A DNA stretch of 64,000 nucleotides, taken from Eledone cirrhosa. Taxonomy: Eukaryota. Shown one piece after another: positions 40,418 through 51,968 of the stretch; the first letter of the stretch is position 1, and each line of letters begins with the position of its first letter. Position numbers and translations under genes: made by a program. The notes below the pieces were generated by a model that worked only from the letters and a program-made list of their open reading frames with translations, was not told the origin of the DNA and did not search any database. The stretch spans positions 86,304,001-86,368,000 of the forward strand of contig OZ024741.1 in the NCBI GenBank assembly GCA_964016885.1, written 5' to 3'.

Positions 40418-40446
40418 AGCTGTCAAGACCTTCAAGATGTTCTCAG
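40418..40446 (+). CDS. MED1: MED1 29-nt micro-exon: SCQDLQDVL(S)
   Basis: ttttactttcag| and AG|gtaaa; needed to bridge phase 0 to phase 2; resembles 'SCPELVQQL'. Confidence 0.88.
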
Positions 40447-40559
40447 GTAAAACATGTTTTTTTTCTCATGCAATTTTGTTTTATAAATGTTATCTGTTGG
40501 AGAAGATATATTTTATTCAACTAATGTATTTCAGCTTAGATAGAAATACTAATACTAAA

Positions 40560-41240
40560 TCGCTAGAGGAGATGCTAGGCACCAGGTATACTTAGCAAAG
40601 GGAAAGGCAGAAAAGAAGTTCACACATGTTCTACTATGCTGTATGATCAGGGCTGTGAACTGTTCTGTATTTTGTGACTGTTAGGGAAAACTGAGATCTT
40701 GTGCCTGATGTGATAAGGAAGTACTTGCTCTGACTGATATGAAAAGAAGTCCTATTACAAAAGTGCTGAAGAGAAAGAATAAATGGGAGATTGAGGGCCT
40801 ACCAGAGCAAACCCAACTTAGAGATCATCATCATCATCATCATCATCATCTTCGTTTAACGACCATCTTCCACGCTAGCATGGGTTAGACGGGAAAAATG
40901 CTCCGCTCGCAGTATGATAGACAAAACAATTAAGTATGTGAAGGCGAGGAAGGCAGCTAGACCATCTTGTATTGTTGCCAAGATGCTAAAAACATCTGGT
41001 ATGGAAGGTTACAAGCTAGTCAGATGCATAATTAATTGAATAGTAGAGAATGGTGTCACACTTAATGATTTGTACAGAAGTATCACTGTAAATTACTGCA
41101 AGGGTGAAGGAGACACTCTAGAGAGAGGTAAGTACAGAGGCATCAAGTTGATGAACCAGATCTGTTATGTCACTTTCAGTAGCATGAAAGTTACTGGAAG
41201 TGACATAACACAACTAATTAGGGATAGAATGATGTCTAGA
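40560..41240 (+). mobile_element. Degenerate RTE RT fragment interrupted by a ~50-bp RTE tail insertion (40824-40872, -)
   Basis: YCKGEGDTLERGKYRGIKLMNQ near 41095-41160. Confidence 0.55.
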
Positions 41241-41688
41241 TGAACTTTACAAACACTTAAGTACTAATGAGTAGGAAACACAGACAGGAACCTTATATCT
41301 TCAAGGAAGTGACCTTGACAGATATATTAAAAAGGGGTAGGCAGAAATTCCATAAGATGTACACTGTAATCTATGAACACAAAAGAAATGAAGTGGAATT
41401 ACAGGCAGGTTAATGGAGAAGATTGATTTTGTATGCTGTCATTTCGATTTTTCAATGTATAAACATATATATTTGTATTAAGCACTCTTACATTTATGTG
41501 TTGCCATCCAACTAAATTTCCATGCTGCTCACCAATTTACTTGGTAAATCTGCAAGACATTCTTTTGTGCAATTAAATTATTTTGATAACTGTTATTTTG
41601 GTTAAATATTTACAAAATATTTTCTATAAATAAGCATTTTTAGTAAACCTAACAATATAAAATTTTACTTTTCTTTGATATTTTTTAG

Positions 41689-41760
41689 CCGAGGTGATTT
41701 CAGTGAATTTACTTCACATTTAGAAGGATTATGTCAAATCTACAATATAACTGGTGACAA
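41689..41760 (+). CDS. MED1: MED1 exon (72 nt): RGDFSEFTSHLEGLCQIYNITGD(K)
   Basis: ttttttag| and |gtaagt; resembles 'FDEFSKHLKGLVNLYNLPGD'. Confidence 0.93.
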
Positions 41761-42596
41761 GTAAGTTGAAACTTTATATTTCAGAAATTACTTATTTTTG
41801 AAGTTATAAATTTCATTGTAATGTTATTTCAAAGTAAATACACAGAAAAGTCCTATATTGCTTTTCAAGATAAATAATTATTGTTCTGTAAATTTAGTGA
41901 AGGCATGTAGTCTAGTGGTTAAGGTGTTGCTCTCATGATTATAAGGACCTGGTAGTGCATTGTGTTCTTAAGCAAGATGTTTTCTGAGATGCAACCTCAT
42001 AGGAGGCTAGCTAAAACATTGAATTGAGTTGTTTTCTGCTGCTCTGAATTTTTATTAATTTGGATATTTTAAAATCATTGAAAATTCTAACTTAAAGCAA
42101 TAATTTCTTAAATGATAACACTTAAAGACTTCATTGAATATTCTAGAATCACCTGTATTGTTTACAATTTTGATAAACTTAATCAGTACAATATTATACT
42201 TTGTTTCTGAGTCAGTTTCACTACTGCTTTTGAAATTTCACAACCACAGCAATTCAACATTGATATAAGTGGACATACTCTAATTTGACACAAATTGAGA
42301 GTTGTGAAAAGTTATAGATTTATAATGAAAATTATACATAACATAAAAAGAAATTGTGTCACAAAGACTAAAAGTACTACATCATCATCATATTTTACAC
42401 TCATTTTCTGTGCTTGCACGGGTTAGATATGTTATCATGGTCAGATGACTGTCTTGCTCATATCTTCCATTCTGGCATGGTTTCTACAGTTAGATGCCCT
42501 TCTTAATGTCAACCACTTATGTACTGAGTGCATTTTATCATGGCACCAGCACTACCACTTTATAGGGTGGACTGAATGCACCAGGACTACACTTTT

Positions 42597-42995
42597 TAAC
42601 ACTAGAGCACATGTGTCAACATCAGAGCAAGCGTTGTGTCAGCACTAGAGCAAGCGTTGTCAGCACTAGAGCACTTGTTGTGTCAACACTAGGGCACTTG
42701 TTGTGTAAACACTAGGGCACTTGTTGTGTCAACACTAGGGCACTTGTTGTGTCAACACTAGAACACTTATTGTGTCAACACTATAACACTTATTGTGTCA
42801 ACACTATAACACTTATTGTGTCAACACTATAACACTTTTAGTGTCAACACTATAACACTTATAGTGTCAACACTAGAGCACTTGTGTCAACACTAGAGCA
42901 CTTATGTCAACACTAGAGCACTTGTTATGTCAACACTAGAGCACTTGTTGTGTCAACACTAGAGCACTTGTTGTGTCAATATAAGAGCACTTGTC
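42597..42995. repeat. ~23-bp minisatellite (GTGTCAACACTAGAGCACTTGTT), about 17 variant copies
   Basis: Direct tandem units; the variants AGAGC, AGGGC and ATAAC occur in blocks. Confidence 0.92.
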
Positions 42996-43099
42996 TTTCA
43001 TTAGAAATATGATAATCAAAGGGTTAAATTTAATTCAGAGTGTCAAGAGTCATAACATGTTAATGTTAAAAAAAAAAATTTTTTTTCTTTTAATTTTAG

Positions 43100-43174
43100 G
43101 AAACAGAAAACTAAAACTTTTCTTGCACTTCAATCTTTGGAATGTGATTTGAGTATGCTTGCACAATTACAGAG
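43100..43174 (+). CDS. MED1: MED1 exon (75 nt): KQKTKTFLALQSLECDLSMLAQLQ(S)
   Basis: aattttag| and AG|gtagg; resembles 'KLKTKMYLALQSLEQDLS'. Confidence 0.93.
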
Positions 43175-45477
43175 GTAGGATTTTGATACTGAAGAACTTT
43201 TTTAATTTAAACAAAATTCTTTTTACATGTATTTTAACAAAGAAAAATGTTTTATCATGGAAGAATAGTTATAACTAGGTATGTTTTATTAGTAATGAAG
43301 TATTCTTTCTATGCAGAAAAAAAAAGTATTTGTTATTGAAACATTAAATATGACTATTAGACAACTGTGTCTACATATAGGCATTTTGATGAGTAGCTCT
43401 GTGTGTGTGTGTGTGTGGAGGGGGTGCATCTGTATTTATATATAATGTCAAGTATCTATGCCAGTTGTAAATATAAAAAAGAAAGACTAGCTCATGACAT
43501 ATCTTATTACAAAATAATTGATTCTTCTTTCTTTGGATCTTGTTAACCTTAACTCTTGATGGAGTTGTAGGGGTGCCATCCTGACATACTGCAATATAGG
43601 TGCTGATCATAACACCATGTCACAATATCTCAAACACCATAATACCAAATCTTAGAATATAATATAAAAAAATGGGAACACTGACGGTTTGCAAAGCTAT
43701 AAAGGAAAATCCTTTAATAAACTAATATTGATAAATGAATATCAAAGGTGTAATATTAAATGTTGGTAATGGATATCAAAAGGGTAATTGTGATTTAAAA
43801 TTTTATGAATGAAAGCAGTTCCTTTCTTTGATTCTTTTGCTACCAACTCAGGGAAAACCAGCTCCAGTCCCTTGAAACAAAACCACTCATTTTAAAGAGT
43901 TTGTATTTAAATAAAAATCTTTCAACATAATTTTATATAAGAACTAGATGTTAAGGTACTATCATAGTAATAAAATAATTAATCATTTTTAATAAATCCC
44001 TCAAAATTCTACAACAATTAATTGAAATAGTGTATTTCATTAGAAATATGGTCACAGTTGGGTTCTAATTTCAGTACAAATATAGTGAATATAAAATTAT
44101 CAAAACAATTATAATTTTAAATTACATGATCAAGACTGAGTTAGAGAAGCAAGTTCATATGACTTAGGATTCTAATTGTTTCCATGATTTTGCACATGCT
44201 TTGTTTGTATCAATTTGAGAGAATTTGAAGAAGGAAATTACTTGTTTAATAAAATCTGAATTTACAGTTATACCTTTGATATTCATTATTGACATTAATT
44301 CACATTTGTTTGATAATTGTTCTCAAGATTTATTTACACATTTTACTAAATAAATAATGTTTGACACATCAATCCTCCATTTAAAACTGAAGAGTTTTTT
44401 TTTTCCTATTATTTCTCATTAAAAATATATTTTTGAGATTCCCAGTTGGATATTTTTTATCGCCATTCATTTCCACTTTTTAAAGGAAATGACATATTTG
44501 TCAAATATAACCCCTCTTTAAAACCATAAATAATGTCTTTTAAGGAAGTCTTTATATTTTATTACTTATTTCTAAAGTATATTTCTGGGCTTTTGATTTT
44601 CAGTTTTCAATATTTTAAGAATTGGTATTATGGAGTTCAGGATTATCTTTTTTGGTATTATGACCCACAGATGTGTGTGTATAATGTATATGTGTATGTA
44701 GAACGCATACCTCAGACACATAGATAGTTCTGTTCATCTCACTACATTCTTGGTATACTATCAGTCGTACCTTACCTCTAAACAAGAAAATGAAACTGGT
44801 TGTTTGGTCCAACTCTCCCTCACTACAATCAAAGTTTTATCTTCGTATTTGTTGATTGTATGTTTGAAGCCAGAATAATTATGCTTAAAATGCTAATATA
44901 TTAAATGTGTATACAAACAGCAAGTGTATATATAATATCAACACACTATGTACACTCATGCATATGTGCTTTGATGCAGTTTATTTGTGATAATTAACAA
45001 ATAAAATGTATTTGAGGTTCTGCACACAGTTTGACAATTGAGCATTGTATGTATGGACCTGTAACTCCTTGGAGAGTTTTAGGGGTCTGTAGTGAGATGC
45101 ATCATTTCTTAGCCATTTAAAACCTGGTGGAGCCCATATCTCTCCAGGTATGAACACAGATGATTTCTTCTAGAGTTGGAAAGAAGTGTGAAAGAAATTA
45201 TGGTACTTTTTTTTATCAACCTCCAATGGATAGAAGGCAAAATGAACCTCAGCAGGGTTTGAACTGAACACTGAGAGCTGGACCAAATGCTGCAAAGTAT
45301 TCTAACGACTCTGCAAATTTTGCTGCCCTGTGTCTATTGAGCATTAAAGACCTTAATTTCTATTGTTGAAAATTTGGACAGGACACTTCAGATTGAGAGT
45401 GTAGTGTGTTGTTAGGAAATGCAATCTGAAATATTTGCTATGGCTTTTTACATTTATTTTATTTTATTTTTTTGCAG

Positions 45478-45632
45478 TATCATTGTTGGTGATTCTAATA
45501 TTATTTTCCGATCTCCACTTGGTATCCTGTTACCACGTAAAGGTGGTCGTCCAATGAAGCTTATTTATTTTGTATCCCCATACGACCTTCTTGATCGTAA
45601 AACTAAAATAAAACATCCTCTAACAATCGACG
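45478..45632 (+). CDS. MED1: MED1 exon (155 nt): IIVGDSNIIFRSPLGILLPRKGGRPMKLIYFVSPYDLLDRKTKIKHPLTID
   Basis: tttttgcag| and G|gtatgt; resembles 'GYLTPRSGGHLMNLKYYVSPSDLLD'. Confidence 0.93.
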
Positions 45633-45733
45633 GTATGTATTTTACAAGTTCTATTTTGATTATATGAAAGTATGAATACTGTTTTGTTCTGGATTTTTCT
45701 TCTTCAGTAAACACTTTTTCTCCACATATTCAA

Positions 45734-46745
45734 TCTATATATATAAAGTTGTAGTTCCTGTCTGTTTTTTTGTTTCTTTGTTCACAAACTCCTCCTATGG
45801 TTTTGGAGATAGACCCCCATAACCATATATATTCTGAAACTACATTGCCCAGGGTACTTCGATAAGTATATTTCATTTTAATCAAAGGGTTCCTCGGTGT
45901 CACAAACCCCCACTGAAAAATGTTTCCCTTCGATTTATATGAAATTTAAACCATAGGTAAATGACAAGATATGATGCCTATTTGCAAAATTTCAGCAAAT
46001 TTCAATAATATTAAGACACCTTAATGGGGGTTAAACCCTCTATAGTGAAATTTTGGCCATTAAATGGAACAAGATGTGTTGTAACAAGATTGCATGAGAA
46101 CTTGATTGAAGCAACCATTATATTCGGGGCTTACAAAGATCAAGCTCTTCTCATTCCGAGGATTCCACTTATACCACATGATAGCGATTTGCCTTTTACA
46201 TTTAAGAGGCTGCAGTTCCCAGTGAGGCCATGCTTTGCCATGATAAGAGTCACGGTCAAACTTTCAAAACTATTGGCATAGACCTGACAAACCCATGTTT
46301 CAGTATTGGCATGTTTTATGTGGGTGTTTCAAGGACTGGAACTTCAAAAAATCTCTACATTTTAGCCAATCAAGAAATGTTGTTTACCCTGAAGCTCTTC
46401 ATTAGGACAACGTATAAAATATATTTTCATGTATTTATTATGTTAAAAAATAAATAATTAAACTTTGAATTTCTAATTTGAAAATGCTTTACACAAAAAT
46501 AAAATGATATTTTGAAAAAAATTATTTACAAGAAACAAAATAAGAATGAGATTTAATAATGTAATTTTGATTTGATATATTACAAAAAATAATGTTTTCC
46601 AATTTTTCATGCATTACATTTTACATTGAGTAATATTGAAATGCAGTGTTTTTCTCCATAAATTATATCACTGATTTAAAATCAATCATCATTTTCTTAC
46701 AAAAGAAATGTGCGAAACGCAGCAAGGTGCGGGTAATTCGGCTAG
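45734..46745 (+). mobile_element. Non-autonomous Helitron carrying a Pif1-like helicase C-terminal fragment
   Basis: A|TCTATATATATAAAG 5' end, subterminal hairpin CGCA-gcaagg-TGCG and CTAG|T 3' end, with no TSD. Peptides NGTR, LIPRIPL, LPFTFKRLQFPVRPCFAM, KSHGQT and YVGVSR. Confidence 0.9.
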
Positions 46746-47552
46746 TTACTAATATTGTTAAATATTTCTGAGCAGCATGGGAAAAAAGAAAACATCTCTG
46801 TAATATGCTATAAACAGTTCAGTATGCCTATTGATTCCAACTGTAGAAACCAAGCCAAATGTTTGAAAGAACTCTTCAGTCATGATACAACAACTCATCT
46901 GATGTTGGTATCATGAAAAATGTAGTTTGTACAGCCTGTAAGGTGGTTGGTGATAGGAAAGGCATTCAACCATAGAAACCTTGAAACCATGCCCAGAGAG
47001 CATGATACCCTTTCTAGTGTTAGTGCGTGAATGTATCATGACTGAATGATTACGAAGTTTGCTTTGCAGTTATTAAGCCCCAGGTTTGATCCCATTGAGT
47101 GGTATTTTGGGCAAGTGTATTTACCATAGCCTTAAGTCGATCTATGCCTTGTGAGTGAAATTAGGTAGACAGAAACTGCTTGGAAATCTGTCTGATGGAC
47201 TGAACCTTTAATTCAAAGGGCCATCCTTGTCACATTGAATCTTCTTGGGAAATATGTTACGGGTACATATATCTGTGGAATGCTCAATCACACATTCATT
47301 TTATGAGCTGTCCCATTTATTGAACAACTAGAACGCTTATTGAAACAGATGGAGGTGACACACCCAGTACACTGTAAAATAGTTGGTACCACTATTACCA
47401 CCTGACAGAATGGACTGGGTTCATTTTATCATGGTACCAGCAGCACTACTTTTTACAAAGTAGGCTGGGTGCATTTTATCATGACATAGCATTTTTGTGT
47501 TTTAAAATCTCATATTTGAATTTTAAACTGTTTCTGTAAATGTTTTTTGTAG

Positions 47553-47667
47553 CCATCACAGAATATCAGTTAGGACATAGTGTCACAGTATCAATTGAAC
47601 ATAGCTCTTTGAACCGCTTACAAACGATGCCTTTAATGACAGTTATGAAAAATCAAGATGGTAAAAG
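47553..47667 (+). CDS. MED1: MED1 exon (115 nt): AITEYQLGHSVTVSIEHSSLNRLQTMPLMTVMKNQDGK(S)
   Basis: ttttttgtag| and AG|gtaaga; phase 1 to 2; resembles 'LGMNASVTIE...KLPIAPLI'. Confidence 0.9.
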
Positions 47668-49582
47668 GTAAGATATGGTTTAATTTTATTAAAGTTACTT
47701 ATATTTTTAGGAGATTACCTGACATGCAAACAAAAATTATGGTTGTCCACAGAATTCTGTTACTTCAAATTTGTCAAATTATTTTAACTACTTACACTTT
47801 GTTTGCACTAGATGTTTTAAGTTGTATTTGACAAGGCTGTGCACTTGTAAACTTCATTCATTCAACTTATTTGTCTTGATGTACCCATGGCCCTTTCTGG
47901 AAACTGTTTTATCAGTTCTAAAGCTCTAAAAACTTGCCAAACAAAGGATCATGAGTACTCTTCATTTGTCTCAAAGATACGACAACCTCCATAGTGTTGG
48001 TGTCACTTTATAGAAAATAATTTAGCAACATATTCAACAAAACAATAGTTTAAAAATCACTATATGATAATTTCAGTCTAATAAAGTAGAATTCTAAGTT
48101 TTTGATCATGTGTACTCTGTAGGATGTAGGAACATATGTAAGAAAGATGCAGCCCATGAATTCTCTGAGGTGTTAGTAACTCCAATTACTAATTCAGTTT
48201 ATGATGATGTTGCAGTATCTGTGACAATGTTGTAGTTTCTGTTTTACAGTGTATAACAGTTGTTCGTAAATGAATTAAAGCTTGTTAGGAATGTTGATTT
48301 TTTATTTTTTTATTTCGTTTTCTTTGGAGAAAACTCATGGTTTTCACTTGCCCATCAGGACTGGTGAGGTTGATGTGGTTGACATTACTCATATAAACAG
48401 TTGCATGGTAATGATTAAGTGAAAAATCTGTGCATGGTAGGAATTCCAGTGAGCTAACGTTTTGGGGAGGAAGGACTGAGGAGAGTGGTTAGTGCAGGGC
48501 CTGAAGTATGGATGAACTCAGTTTAAGTAACTATAGGAGAAACAAATGACTCAGGTGTTCTTGAGTAGAGGTGGCATGAGACCAGCCAGCTCTCGGAGCA
48601 GGGGCCATTGCAGTCATGGTATAAAAGGCAACAAGTATTTAATATACTGCTTGATTTGATTCATATATTGATGGAATTTTTTTCATATTTGATGGTTACA
48701 TCAAGATCTATAATAAAATATTATTTCTACTGTAATCAAACCTTTTCTTGAACTTTTATTTTAGCTGGTTCGGTTTTGCATCATATATCTGTTTAAAATA
48801 GCAAGAGATTGTATACTATTAACCCTTAATGTCTTGTAACACATGAAACCACATTAGAAAAGGACAAAATAGCGCTATGACTGCATAAAGTCTTTACTCT
48901 AATATTGCAAATGTTTACAGCTATCTGTCCACTAGTAATGGTACAGGATGTTAAGAGTTAAGCATTTATAGGCCGTTGAGATGATGATTCGGTGTGTGTG
49001 TGTGTATCGGGTCTCATTAATCATGGACTAATTTTATATAGTATATCAGTGTTGTGCAGTATATTACAATGAAATGGGAAGTGGATTTTCTCCTTACAGC
49101 TGATTATGGTTGTCATCTTTTTAAAATAAGTTGAAACAGGGATTGGTGAATGCAATGTTTGCTTGAATGTAAAGATATTAACTTGTAGTTTTTATATTAA
49201 AACCACTTTGTATTAAAATTTGATTTTGGTTTTGTTCTGTTACAGAACAAAGCCCAAATTTAAAAAAAAAACCTCCACACACACACACACAGAGAAACAC
49301 CTTGTTTTCATTCCCTGGTATTCTGATTAAATTACATACTGGAAAAAAAGAAGTTTCTGTTTTATTTTATTACTGTTCCAATTTAAAGCGTTCAGTAAAA
49401 TGGAAAAATAGATATATTAGGACATTAGTTACAAAATAAGTCAGATTGAATGTAACCTTCTCTGAGGCTGGAGGAATCAGATGACAAGATTTTTTATTAT
49501 AGGTTTCAATTTGGAGCAGTTTGATTGATTTTAATTAAATAACACTAATTATGCAAGATTTTCCATTTCTTTTTTATTACAG

Positions 49583-49707
49583 CCTGCCATCTTTCTCAGG
49601 ATTAAGCAACATGAACAGTTGTATGCTTCCAGCTTGCTTTGTACTGACTCTACGAACACCACTCACTGTTCTGGCCTCATTATTGCAAAAGATTGAATCA
49701 GTAACCA
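49583..49707 (+). CDS. MED1: MED1 exon (125 nt): LPSFSGLSNMNSCMLPACFVLTLRTPLTVLASLLQKIESVT
   Basis: tttattacag| and A|gtgagt; 'PSFS...NS..LPACF' motif. Confidence 0.93.
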
Positions 49708-50555
49708 GTGAGTTGTTAAAATTATTACAACTATTATAAATACAGCAAGCACTGTTTGGTGCCATTTATGGTGTTCACCATGATGCCATTTTCTATTTTT
49801 ATTTTTTTATGCTTGCTTTTCTTATGACACCAATATATACCACCCAAGGAAACTGTTTTTGTTTTGCTTAAGGAAAATTTAAGATAACTTTTTTTTTAAA
49901 GATAATAACAATCATGAATGCTAACATTATTTCATTCTCTTAAAAAATTCCTTGGAATTTAAACCAATTTGTGTGAAGATTTACAATTATTTAATCCTTT
50001 CATTACCATATTTCTTATAAAAGACGCTACCTGTATAATATTCAAATCCTTTTGAAAATAATTAAGAATCTTGAGAGATTTAGTACATTAGCTTTCTCAT
50101 TAAGCTGAAGTTTTTGAACACAGATCATCATCATCATCATACGTCCGCTTTTCCCTGCTTGCAGTTTTACATAAAATTGTGATATGTATTTAGATAAATA
50201 TAGACATTTTAGAACCATCAATTTTATATCATAAAACCAAAGTCGTTTTCAAGCAGTTTGATATCAAAAGAATTAATTACTGAAACACTAAGAGTTTGAA
50301 ATAGTTCTATGAATATATATTGAAACTTTCTTTTCATTACTGCTATCACATAATTGGCATTTTGATAGTTGTTATAAAAAGAACTGTTGTATAATGAATT
50401 GATTCGGCATTCCTAAACAAATAAAATAATATTCTATGATAATCTTTTATTAATTAGATGTTTATGTATGATGGTATTAAAGCTGTTAAATAAGACTTTA
50501 TTATAATTTCATATTTAAATTAAAAATATGTTTTCATAATTGTTCTCTTTTACAG

Positions 50556-50656
50556 ATATGGAAGTTCCTCGAATATCTGAAGGAAAGAAGTTGTTAACTT
50601 TATTGATTGAGACCATTTCATGTCGACAATTATTTGACAAAAAGGAGCTTTATGTT
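50556..50656 (+). CDS. MED1: MED1 exon (101 nt): (N)MEVPRISEGKKLLTLLIETISCRQLFDKKELYV
   Basis: ctcttttacag| and |gttagt; phase 1 to 0 fits the neighbouring exons. Confidence 0.85.
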
Positions 50657-50833
50657 GTTAGTAACCTTTCCTATTCCATATTTGTTTTTATATACTTTGA
50701 GGATGCTACTATTAAAAAAAAAAAAATAAATAAAAGCTGAATGTTATGATATAATTTGTATTTCATATAAACATTCTAAAAATTATTTGTCTAAAATCAA
50801 ATTTTTCACTGCTTCTACTTTTTTCTGTTTCAG

Positions 50834-51023
50834 ACTTTACCTGATCAGCAGCATGTTTATTTTTTGGATGGTCATCAAGGTGGTATAGAAGAAGAAGGAG
50901 TTCTTATATCAAAGATTCCTTTTACTCATCCGACCAATCTACCAAAAATTTTGTCTTATCTTCGTCAGCAAATGCTATTTAACACTGCTATTACCAGTTG
51001 CATCCGGCCCTCTGCCAAAAAAG
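50834..51023 (+). CDS. MED1: MED1 exon (190 nt): TLPDQQHVYFLDG...GVLISKIPFTHPTNLPKILSYLRQQMLFNTAITSCIRPSAKK
   Basis: ctgtttcag| and G|gtaaa; resembles 'LPGQQHCYFL...SKITFQHP...IRHQVAYNTLIGSCV'. Confidence 0.95.
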
Positions 51024-51814
51024 GTAAAATATTTTGAACTTATTTACTTCTTTATAAATTTATGTCTACATGTTACATTTCTAGATTTAGAAAAGACATT
51101 TCAACTCATTTAAACAAGTGGTGCTACATAAACCATATACCCCGCTGCATAGTGATTTGACAGGTGAAAATCAGTTTAGTGATTTGATAGGTGAAGAATT
51201 AAGTATGATACTTTAGAAAGTATGAGTTGGCTATTTTGGAAAAACAGATGGGAAAATGATGACAATGATTGAAATGTGTTGGCCTTTAACCCTTTCACTA
51301 CCATATTTCAAATAAAATACACTGTCCATGTGTTACAATGATTTTTGATAATAAGTAAAAATTAGGAAAGATTTAGTTAGTTAACTGATTTTTTTCATTA
51401 TTACAACGGAGTTAAGAACATATCTTAACAAAAGCTATTTTACAGTAAATTATGTTGGAAAGTTAGAATTTGAATATGAACTCTTCAGAATTAGACTTTT
51501 ATTATTATAAAAGTACAGGTGATTTCAGGCTGGTTCTTATCAAAAGCGTCAAGGTTTTTTCTATTTATTTAAGTGTAGTAGTTTTTTTTACCAATCTTTA
51601 TTTATCGAGTGGTTAAGTTAACTTCTTGTCTCAACACCTTTTTTTAAAAAAACTGGTGGTGTTGTCGTGGGGATAGACACGTGTGTGCAGCATACTTCTG
51701 CACAGTTTACTAAATTTCACTCAAGGTATATGTTAAACCAGGGTTATAGTAGATAACTTATCAAGTCCCTGCATGAAGGTTCTTCTATTGATCATAGGTA
51801 TTCAATGTACTTTA

Positions 51815-51968
51815 AGGTAGCGAGTTGGCAGAATTGTTAGAATGTCAGATAGAATGCTTTGCGGTATTTGTTCTGGCTCTCTGTTCTCTACTTTCAAATC
51901 CTGCTGAGGTCAATTTTGCTTTTTATTCTTTCGAGGTTGATAAAAAAAAGTACCAGTATTGGGGTTGA
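51815..51968 (+). repeat. tRNA-headed SINE with a Meta-domain-like segment; second copy at about 52310-52475, minus copies near 8640, 16530 and 45200
   Basis: GAGTTGGCAGAATTGTTAG head, TTCAAATCC B-box-like motif, GAGGTCAA.TTTGC...TCGAGGTTGATAAAA..AGTACCAG. Confidence 0.55.

Noticed and set aside
26488-50605. LxxLL motifs (LQRLL, LLTLL) as MED1 nuclear-receptor boxes
   Set aside because: They fall in the folded N-terminal domain. The characterised NR boxes lie further C-terminal, outside this window, and LxxLL is common by chance.
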